NCBI GenBank assembly: GCA_047947115.1
Contig: CP170459.1
Coordinates: 3,584,001-3,648,000 of the forward strand
DNA length: 64,000 nucleotides
Direction: 5' to 3'
Origin: Verrucomicrobiota bacterium
GTDB lineage: Bacteria > Verrucomicrobiota > Verrucomicrobiia > Limisphaerales > AAA164-E04
This document shows, piece by piece, positions 52,366 to 61,171 of the stretch (position 1 is its first letter; every line of letters starts with the position of its first letter). The position numbers and the translations under genes were made by a program. Below the pieces are notes generated by a model. The model saw only the letters and a program-made list of their open reading frames with translations. It was not told the DNA's origin and ran no database searches.

Positions 52366-53517
52366 ATGACCCACTTGAAAACATCCGGATCCAAATCGTC
52401 CGTTCATCAACTCCTGATGGACCTTATAGAATTGCCCAGTGTGAATCCTGCTTTTTGTCAGGATCCCGCCTTGGCGGGAGAGTGGCGTGTGGCTGACTAT
52501 TTGGAGCATGCCGGGAAAAAGGCTGGGTTGAGTATTCGGTGGCAGACTGTTTCAAAAAAGCGTAAAAACCTGATCCTGGTCTACAAACCGCGATCCCGGA
52601 CAACCCACAGACTTTTGCTGGCTCCCCATATGGACACCGTGGTTGCTTCTGGTGAACAACTCAAGGCAAGGACAAAGCTAAATCGGATCCATGGCCGTGG
52701 TGCATGTGACACCAAAGGCAGCATCGCCGCCATGCTGGATGCGCTGCGCCAGTTAATCATGCAATCCGACCGCCCGAAGCATACCGAAATTCACATTGCC
52801 TGTCTTGTCGACGAGGAACATGGTCAGTTGGGATCTCGTGTCTTTGCCGCCAAAACCAGACCTTACGACCTGGCTATCGTGGGGGAACCCACCTCCAATC
52901 GTGTTGTCACCGCTCACAAAGGGGTCATGTGGTTCCAATTGCACACCCAGGGCAAGGCGGCGCATGGATCTCGCCCATCCCTCGGCGTGAATGCCATCGC
53001 ATCCATGGCGGAAGCGGTGCGTTACCTGGACGGTGAATACAGGGAACATCTCAATTTGACACAGCACTCTCTTCTTGGTGCTGGGACCATCAATGTCGGA
53101 ACCGTTCAAGGAGGGAAACAGCCGAACATTGTGCCGGATGCCTGCTCCATCTGGGCCGACCGACGTACCTTGCCCGGGGAATCGTATCAAGCCATCCAAG
53201 CGCATCTGCTCAAGGCTCTGAAACAAAGGGGAGTCCAAGCCAGAATGGATTATCGCGGCGACTGCGAATGTCCCGCCCTCGAAACGGATTCCAATCTGCC
53301 CTGGGTTCAGGAGCTCATGCAGCAGGTGCGACAAAAGAATTTGGTAGGTGTGGATTACTTTTGTGACGCCGCAGTGATCGCACAAAACGGGACGCCTTGC
53401 GTTGTATTCGGTCCCGGAAGTATTGATCAGGCACATACCCGGGATGAGTGGATTTCGATTCGTTCATTGGAGAGCTGTGTGCGTCATTATTTCCGGTTTT
53501 TTCAATCGCTGCCATGA
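52366..53517 (+). CDS. M20 metallopeptidase/deacylase (ArgE/DapE-like)
   Basis: HMDTV, GRGACDTKG, DEE, GEPT, AHGS, AHT. Confidence 0.92.
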   Translation: MTHLKTSGSKSSVHQLLMDLIELPSVNPAFCQDPALAGEWRVADYLEHAGKKAGLSIRWQTVSKKRKNLILVYKPRSRTTHRLLLAPHMDTVVASGEQLKARTKLNRIHGRGACDTKGSIAAMLDALRQLIMQSDRPKHTEIHIACLVDEEHGQLGSRVFAAKTRPYDLAIVGEPTSNRVVTAHKGVMWFQLHTQGKAAHGSRPSLGVNAIASMAEAVRYLDGEYREHLNLTQHSLLGAGTINVGTVQGGKQPNIVPDACSIWADRRTLPGESYQAIQAHLLKALKQRGVQARMDYRGDCECPALETDSNLPWVQELMQQVRQKNLVGVDYFCDAAVIAQNGTPCVVFGPGSIDQAHTRDEWISIRSLESCVRHYFRFFQSLP

Positions 53518-54542
53518 GCGTTTCACTACCAACTGTCACCATCATCATCGCCGCTCCGCCCGAACAGGAAACACTTGCTTCCTTGGAATCTCTCAAACGC
53601 CTTTCACCATTCAAAATACCCGTGGAAGTTCTGGTTGCACGAGGTTGCATGCCGTCAATTCAACGCAACGTGGCCGCCGGACATGCACGCAGTGAGTGGC
53701 TTTATTTTTTGGATGATGATTCGATGGTGGATGGACAGGCCATGAACAGCCTGGAAAGATGGTGCGACAAGACCGAGGCTGCGGTGGTGGGAGGACCCAA
53801 TATTTGCCCGGACTCCTGTAGTTTCATTCAGTCCGTCTTTGCCGTCCTTTTGGGAAGCGCTTTGACCTTTGGACCCAGTCGTTCACGGTATGTGCCCACA
53901 GGAAACGTCCGGCTCTCCAATGAAAAGGAATTGATCCTTTGTAACTTATTGATTCGAAAAAAATTCTTTGAAATGGCCGGGAGATTTGACGAATCACTTT
54001 ATCCCAATGAGGAGAATGCCCTGATGGAATCCATCGCCCATAAAGGGGGTAAGCTTTGGTATGATCCCGACTTCTTTGTGAGGCGTTACCCGCGGAAAAC
54101 CCTGGGCGCATTCTTTCAAATGTTGTTTCGATACGGACGAGGACGCGCCCAGCAGTTCAGGAAATACCCAAGCGCCGGGTCACTTTTGAATATGGCCCCC
54201 TCCGTGTTTGGGCTGTATCTCATTTACCTGCTGGTCTGGTTTTTGACGGGAAATGGGAAAAGCCTTTCCGATACTGCGAGTCAAATCGCTCTGATTCCAA
54301 TGGGCCTTTATGGGATGGTGCTGATACTTCAGTTGATCCTGAATATTCCCCGTTTCGGGCCCTTGCGAAGTGGTCCGGCCGTGGTTTTAATGCCCTTTTG
54401 CCACCTGTTGTATGGTGCAGGATTTGTGCTGGGTTTGGTGGGCTCGATGGATGTTCCCAATTCAGGGAGGGCGACCGTGGACGACGTCATCTTGGAGCAC
54501 TGGACCATGGAACATGGGCAACTGATGCGACTCACACCATGA
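53514..54542 (+). CDS. Glycosyltransferase family 2 with C-terminal TM helices
   Basis: YFLDDD, VVGGP, FDESLYPNEE, YGRGR; ATGA overlap with the upstream gene. Confidence 0.88.
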   Translation: MSVSLPTVTIIIAAPPEQETLASLESLKRLSPFKIPVEVLVARGCMPSIQRNVAAGHARSEWLYFLDDDSMVDGQAMNSLERWCDKTEAAVVGGPNICPDSCSFIQSVFAVLLGSALTFGPSRSRYVPTGNVRLSNEKELILCNLLIRKKFFEMAGRFDESLYPNEENALMESIAHKGGKLWYDPDFFVRRYPRKTLGAFFQMLFRYGRGRAQQFRKYPSAGSLLNMAPSVFGLYLIYLLVWFLTGNGKSLSDTASQIALIPMGLYGMVLILQLILNIPRFGPLRSGPAVVLMPFCHLLYGAGFVLGLVGSMDVPNSGRATVDDVILEHWTMEHGQLMRLTP

Positions 54543-55855
54543 GTTTCTTTCGGCAAAGTTCATGGATGATGCTGTGTAACACGCTGGCTGGTGTGTTGAT
54601 GTTTGGGGTGCACATTCTGGCGCCTTCGATGTTGGTGCAGGCGGGGGAATATGGATTGTTCATCGCACTTCTTGGTGTTTTGAATGTGATGATGAGTTTT
54701 ACTCCCGGCATACAGACAGTATTCACTTATGAAGCCGTCGCTGCTGGCGACGGGGAAGCAAGACAAAACCTGGTTCGTTATGCCATGGGAGTGATCAAGG
54801 TCACGACATGGTTCTGGGTGATGCTGGTGGTTCTGATCATGCTTTGGCGCAAGCAGGTGATGAGTTTTTACAAGATGGAAGAACCATGGGCCTTGGGGAT
54901 TACCCTGGTGGCCGGGTTGCTTCAACTCTGGCTTCCCGTGGCGATGGGGATGCTTCAAGGTTTTCAACGGTTTTCCTGGCTGGGGTGGGCGTTGCTGACT
55001 AACGGTGGAGGGCGCTTGCTGGCAGCGGTGACGTTTGTTGCCCTCTTGGGAGGAGCCGCTTCTTCCGCCATGCTGGGAGCTTTGACCGGTGTTGCTTTTG
55101 CCTGCTTTGTTTCGTTGATACCTCTGCGTTTTTTGCTCGAGACCCGGGGGGGGCGTCCTTTACAATGGATGCCTTGGATTCGCCGCATGTTGCCTCTTGC
55201 ATTGGCTCCTGTTGTTTTTCAGTTGATGATGAGCGCCGACTTGGTTTTTTTTCGATCGATCCTGAATCTGGAGGAATCGGATTTTTATGGAATCGCGGGA
55301 ACTCTCGGGCGTGGATTGGTCATGCTGCTTGGACCTCTGGCCGGTGTGATGTTTCCCAAATTGATTCAATCCAATCGTGATGGAAAAGCAAACGTTCTGC
55401 TATGGAACACTCTTCTGGGAACATTGGTCATCGGGGGACTGGTGTGTCTTTTCTTTGTTGGGCTGGCGTGGGGGTGGCCCAATGTGGTGAATGCTCTTAA
55501 GGAATCTTCCGGGAATGGAACTGCTGGCGTTTTTTTTGCCCGGGTACTGGCCAAAGAGCAGGGTTTGGGATTTGCCATGGATTTGCTTCCGTGGTTCGCG
55601 GCAGGGATGCTCTGCCTGTGTTTCAGCAATGTGCTTCTATCCAATCTGCTGGCTTATCAGCAATACCGTGTGCTGGCCATACCATTCATCATTGTGTTGG
55701 GGTATGTGATTTGTCTGGCTACTTTGCCTCAAAATGGAAAACATCTTGTTCAGTTGATTTTCCTCTTCAATCTTTTGCTGATGGTGGTTTTAATGGGGCT
55801 CGTTTTCTGGACCGGAACATGGAGGGGAACGTCATCCCAAGCGATGGATAGGTGA
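54539..55855 (+). CDS. Wzx-like oligosaccharide flippase
   Basis: About 12 hydrophobic segments, EYGLF, LQGFQRF, VMFPKL; ATGA overlap. Confidence 0.8.
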   Translation: MSFFRQSSWMMLCNTLAGVLMFGVHILAPSMLVQAGEYGLFIALLGVLNVMMSFTPGIQTVFTYEAVAAGDGEARQNLVRYAMGVIKVTTWFWVMLVVLIMLWRKQVMSFYKMEEPWALGITLVAGLLQLWLPVAMGMLQGFQRFSWLGWALLTNGGGRLLAAVTFVALLGGAASSAMLGALTGVAFACFVSLIPLRFLLETRGGRPLQWMPWIRRMLPLALAPVVFQLMMSADLVFFRSILNLEESDFYGIAGTLGRGLVMLLGPLAGVMFPKLIQSNRDGKANVLLWNTLLGTLVIGGLVCLFFVGLAWGWPNVVNALKESSGNGTAGVFFARVLAKEQGLGFAMDLLPWFAAGMLCLCFSNVLLSNLLAYQQYRVLAIPFIIVLGYVICLATLPQNGKHLVQLIFLFNLLLMVVLMGLVFWTGTWRGTSSQAMDR

Positions 55856-55861
55856 ATACCA

Positions 55862-57379
55862 ATGAATCAAGAACTGCGCGTCATTATTATCGAGGACTCC
55901 GAGTTTGATGCTGTTGTCATGGCAAATGTATTGGAGCAGGGGGGCTATGTTTTGGATTTCGAGCGTATCGAAACGGCTGAGGAATTGAAGAAAGCCCTCT
56001 CTGATCGGTCCTGGGATTTGATCCTATCTGATTACAATTTGCCCGACTTCAACGCTCCCCAGGCATTGAGAATCCTTCAGGAAAGCAAATTGGATCTTCC
56101 TTTCATCATTATTTCAGGTGGCATTGGCGAAGACGTGGCTGTCGCAGCCATGAAATCCGGCGCGCACGACTATCTGATGAAAGGGCAATTGGCCCGCTTG
56201 GTGGTTGCTGTCGAACGTGAACTGGGTGATGCCGCCACGCGAAAAGCCCGCAAACAAGCAGAAGAGGAACTCAAGGAAAACGAACTGCGATATCGTCTGC
56301 TGTGGGAGAATTCCAATGACGGCGTTGTTCTCATGAATGATTCGGGTGAGATTTTGTTTGCCAACCCGGCCGTTACTCAAATGTTTGGCTACGATTCCGA
56401 AGTTTTGCTCGGATCTAATCTTGCGAGGTTGATTGACCATTCGGATGACTCACTTGAAACGGAGGAAACGGTCCCCAGTCTGATTCATTCCGAACAGCAG
56501 TTGAAGGAAGTGAAAGGGCGGAGAAAGGATGGAACCACCTTTCCAGTTGAAATCAGCTGCAGTTTCATGGATATGCACGGACACCGGTTACGGGCGGCAT
56601 TTCTGCGTGATATCACCCAGCGCAAAGAAACAGAGCGCGAACTGGAAGTCCACGAAGAACGTCTGGAAGCCGTTCGTGAAATACAGCAATGGATGTTTCC
56701 CAAGGTGCCCCCCTCGGTGGGGGGATACGACATCGCCGGGGTTTCATTTCCGGCGGATGCCGCTGGTGGGGATCACTTCGACTACCTGCCCATGAAGGCG
56801 GGGCGCATCGGCTTTGTGGTTGCGGATGTCACTGGCCATGGTATCGGTCCGGCGTTGTTGATGTCTGAAGCTCGGGCTTATCTCAGACTGTTGGCGCTCA
56901 ACCGGGATTCCACGGGAGAAATCCTGACACGCGCAAATGAGGTCTTGTCGGATGACCTCAATTTCGAGCGCTATATCACCATGGTGCTGGTTTGCCTTGA
57001 GCCTGAAAAACATCAACTCACCTTCAGCAATGCCGGCCATCCGGCTGGACTGGTGATTGATGCTTCTGGCAAGGTGAAAACCAGGCTCAAACGCAATGGC
57101 GTTCCGCTGGGGATCAGAGCCAAAACCACTTACCCCACCTCCGAGAAGGTTGATTTGACTTCAGGTGATCTGATTTTCCTATATACTGATGGATTTGATG
57201 AAGCCATGGCGGAGGATGAATCATTTTTCGGCGTCGAAAGAATGGTTGATCTGATTCATCAAAAAAGATCCCTGCCTTCACGTGACATTCTTCAGGAGTT
57301 GTTTCGATTGGTCGATGAGTTCACAGGACACCAACCTCAGTCTGATGACTTGACCGGAATTCTGATCAAGGTCTTATAG
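55862..57379 (+). CDS. Receiver-PAS-SpoIIE (PP2C) phosphatase, RsbU/RsbP-like
   Basis: IIEDS, LSDYNLP, DYLMK; PAS; GGDHFD, ADVTGHG, NAGH, YTDG, DDLT. Confidence 0.93.
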   Translation: MNQELRVIIIEDSEFDAVVMANVLEQGGYVLDFERIETAEELKKALSDRSWDLILSDYNLPDFNAPQALRILQESKLDLPFIIISGGIGEDVAVAAMKSGAHDYLMKGQLARLVVAVERELGDAATRKARKQAEEELKENELRYRLLWENSNDGVVLMNDSGEILFANPAVTQMFGYDSEVLLGSNLARLIDHSDDSLETEETVPSLIHSEQQLKEVKGRRKDGTTFPVEISCSFMDMHGHRLRAAFLRDITQRKETERELEVHEERLEAVREIQQWMFPKVPPSVGGYDIAGVSFPADAAGGDHFDYLPMKAGRIGFVVADVTGHGIGPALLMSEARAYLRLLALNRDSTGEILTRANEVLSDDLNFERYITMVLVCLEPEKHQLTFSNAGHPAGLVIDASGKVKTRLKRNGVPLGIRAKTTYPTSEKVDLTSGDLIFLYTDGFDEAMAEDESFFGVERMVDLIHQKRSLPSRDILQELFRLVDEFTGHQPQSDDLTGILIKVL

Positions 57380-58087
57380 GTTGTAGATCAAGAGTTATTA
57401 AGGGGTGGGGTGGATGTGTGCTTCTGTATCTCTCGATCGTCTGCGCTTTAAAAAATCAGTGAACAATTGTTCTGGGTTGTTCGGCTCGTTCCTAAAATAA
57501 GTATGGCGTAATTTCGTTGTAAGATTTTGAGTTTTTACTGGTTTTTATTTTTTTTCTTAAGTGTTCCTTCCAGTTAGCCGATGCATTCCAGTGGAGGTAA
57601 TCCTTGGTTTGTGGTCGCATCACGAGGATGCGCCAGGATAGCTGATTGGAATGGGGATCGTTTGTGAGTCCAACTTTTATATCAGGCTGGTGGAGATCTT
57701 CATGCAACCTCAAAACCAGGTTGTTTCCGTGGCTGATGCAAGGATGCGGAGGCCGAGAAAGAGGGTGGAAACAGACATGTCCTCTTTGAAACAGGTATAA
57801 CTACAAACCAGATACATAGTGCCTGAGAGAAAACTCCTCAGTTTTTGAAAATTTCACTGACCGCTGGCGATTCTTGCGGGCGGAAGTCGGAGACACACGC
57901 CTTGAAGTGCGTGTTTTCCTCCGGAACACATCAAACTGTCGTTTTTTTGCCTTTTTTGATCTGAAGATGTACACGCCACTTGTGTGATAGGTCTGCTTGT
58001 TAGTGAAAATCTATACCGAGCTTAAGCCGCTTTGGCTTTTTGCTCCGCAGCTTGCCGTTGTTTCTCTATCAAGGCTCGCCCGATACG

Positions 58088-58541
58088 ATGTAAATTATAA
58101 GCCAGCACCCCAAATCCAGCATATCGTTTGTACCCTGATAGCCCTTTGTCTGGGCATCGGTTCAGTCCGTGATGTGAGCTGGTCCTCACCAACCTGCCAA
58201 TCGAGGCTCATGTCATCCAGGAGCAGATGGAACGATGGGTCACGGTGCCAAGGAGGGATCCATTTCAACATTTCATTGCCCAGGACGGATATCCGGGTGC
58301 AGGGGCTTATCTTACTTTAAGCGCTGTCTGGAGGCAAACCGGGAGCCGGCTGGCCGTCATCAACCAAAAGGTGGTGGCCGAAGGCGATACCATCAAGGAT
58401 TACCGGTTGGAGCGTATTGAAGGGGAAAGGGTTTGGGTGCACGGTCCGGTTGGGCTGGAGCCATTGGATCTCGAACTTATCCTCACCGAAGCCGCCCATC
58501 AGCGCAAGTTAACCGAATGGGCGACTAAACAACTACCCTGA
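58088..58541 (+). pseudogene. MshK/PilP-like pilus assembly protein, frameshifted
   Basis: Signal-like IVCTLIALCLGIGSV in one frame; the body (RRDPF...LAVINQKVVAEGDTIKDYRLERIE) is in the -1 frame, downstream of TGA 58170. Confidence 0.55.
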
Positions 58542-58585
58542 AACCAATCGATAGATATAAAAGGAACCAAAAGGGACAACCAGCC

Positions 58586-60210
58586 ATGAACAATGCAATT
58601 TATCAGACAACCAGCCGTTACCAGACTTCAGTTCGGCGTGCGGCAACCAGATGGGGCATGCTTGTGCTCCTGACGACATGGAACACTCAATCCGCCGAGG
58701 TGAGTCCAGTGGTGGCCGAAATTCAAGAAGCCCCAACATGGGAGCAGGTAGAGGCCGCATCGGTGGAGAAAATCGCAGAGCTGGAAGGGTTCATCACCAC
58801 TTCCGACACGGAAGCATCCCTTGAGTCGCCCCGCAGGGTGGTGGAAGTCGCCGAAAATGTCGTCCCTCCCACTCAGAACTTTCAACTGCCTGAATCCACC
58901 AAGGATGAAAAGTTGTATTCCTTCAATGCCGATGGGTTGGAACTCAAAACTGCTTTGGCTTTGTTTGCGCGTGCCAATGGATTGAACATTGTGCCTGATA
59001 ATACAGTCGCCGGTGCGGTTACTCTGTCAGTGCACGACCTGCCTCTGAACAAGATCATGCAGGCCTTGTTGGAGGCTTATGATTACTCATGGTCGGATGA
59101 AGACGGCTTGATTCGTGTGCGTGCGGCAGAAACCAGGATGTTTCAGGTGGATTATTTGCGTTTGGATCGCAAGGGAAACGGTAAAAGCTCCGCCACTCTC
59201 ACATCGGCCAGTTCCGGTGGGGCAGGAGGGGGCGGTGGCGGAGGAGGTGGCGGGAATGAGCAGGGCGGGTCCTCCATCGATGTCACCCAGGAAAACCCGG
59301 TCGCCTTCTGGACCGAGCTTAAGGAGGAGATCGGCATGCTTCTCACCCCGACTGGAAAGCAGAACCTCGCCATCAATGAAACTGCGGGATTGGTCCAGAT
59401 CACCGACCGACCCTCTGCGTTGAAACGCGTGGAAATCTACCTCGAGCAGATACATCAATCCGTCCTGCGGCAGGTGGATATCCAAGCCAGGCTATATGAT
59501 GTCACTCTGACTGATCAATCTCAATATGGCATAGATTGGAGTCACGGCTTTAGTATGGTTGATGGAGGAGCGGTGGTGGGTGGCAGCCCTACCGTTGTGC
59601 AACCTTCGGGCGGGAGCATGTTGTCGCCGGCATCGTTCAGCACGGTGTTTGCCAATCAAAATACGGACATCGTACTGCAAGCTCTGGAAGAGCAGGGAAG
59701 GGTTCAGGTCATTTCTCAACCTCGCTTGCGCACTTTGAATAATCAGACCGCCCTGATCAAGGTTGGAACGGAAATGCCATTTTTCAATCAAACCACCACG
59801 TTTTGCCGGGAACATTTGCCGCCAACACAACCACGGCCGTGGAGTCGGATCAGATCCAATTGATCACTGTCGGAACCATCCTCTACATCACGCCTCAAAT
59901 CAGTGAGAGTGATTGGATTACCATGGACCTGTCTCCTGTAATCACCAGTTTGGTTGAGACAAGGATTTCGCCCAGTCAATCGACCACTGCTCCCGTTCTG
60001 GATATCAAGCAAGCCTCGACTCTTGTGCGAATGAAAAGCGGCCAGACCATTGTGATTGGTGGTTTGATTCAGGACACTATTGCTTCGGACGAGCGGAAGG
60101 TTCCTTTGCTGGGGGATATTCCCGGGATTGGATTGTTGTTTCGCGGGACGGTCAAGTCGACGGAGAAGAAAGAACTGGTGATCTTTTTGACCCCCAGGAT
60201 CGTGTCCTGA
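58586..60210 (+). pseudogene. MshL/GspD-like secretin, split by a -1 frameshift near 59785-59805
   Basis: STN domain, TRMFQVDYL, Gly linker, ISQPRLRTLNNQTALIKVG in frame A; VGTILYITPQI, VPLLGDIPGIG, ELVIFLTP in frame B. Confidence 0.85.
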
Positions 60211-60255
60211 TGTGTGCCTGAAAGCTGCTTTAGGGAAGACGAATGCTTCAACAAA

Positions 60256-60288
60256 AACGGCCGGGAAAAATCCCGGCCGTTGTGTTTT
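60256..60288. terminator. Bidirectional rho-independent terminator
   Basis: AACGGCCGGGA-AAAA-TCCCGGCCGTT stem between convergent secretin and csp genes, with A-rich and T-rich flanks. Confidence 0.85.
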
Positions 60289-60310
60289 AAGATGATGTTA
60301 TGGAATTAAA

Positions 60311-60508
60311 TTAGCCGACGACTTTGACTTCAGTGGCGCAAGGCCCTTTGCGTCCTTCGCCAGGCACGAATTCGACACGGTCGCCTTCATTGATCATTCC
60401 ATTTTCCAGTGCGGATTTGTGGACAAAAATATCCTGGCCGTTGTCTTGAAGGATAAATCCATATCCCTTCTCGACATTGTACCATTTTACTGTTCCTTGT
60501 TCTGACAT
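60311..60508 (-). CDS. Cold-shock protein
   Basis: GTVKWYNVEKGYGFI, DIFVHKSAL, GRKGPCA. Confidence 0.95.
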   Translation of the reverse strand: MSEQGTVKWYNVEKGYGFILQDNGQDIFVHKSALENGMINEGDRVEFVPGEGRKGPCATEVKVVG

Positions 60509-60551
60509 ACGTGATGATGTTTTCTAAAAGAGTGAAAAATTTTGTTACAGA

Positions 60552-60911
<360 letters not shown>

Positions 60912-61171
60912 GATGTTACTTGAGCAGTGGAAAAATACCTTCCCGTGCATTCGGGGATACCAACTGACTGAAGAATGTTCTCAAACGAAGGAGGGCCTAC
61001 TTTTGAATTGATCCGCTTTCTGTCGGCGACTAAGGTCTTTGACCACTTTGTTGGCGAGACAATGGTTGAACCTGCCCGTTCTGTCAATCTCCAATCCATG
61101 ACCAGACAACTTTTTAGCAATCATTTTCGGAGGGGCTTCAAGCTCATGCAATCCCCTTTGTTTTCAGTAGA

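Noticed and set aside
49606..52384. Long antisense ORFs (49606-50691, 51206-52384; likewise 29048-29932, 16662-17537)
   Set aside because: Shadow frames opposite well-supported genes, with no motifs.
57860..57880. TGGC...TTGC as a sigma-54 promoter for the pilus locus
   Set aside because: The GG-to-GC spacing is 8 nt rather than the required 10.
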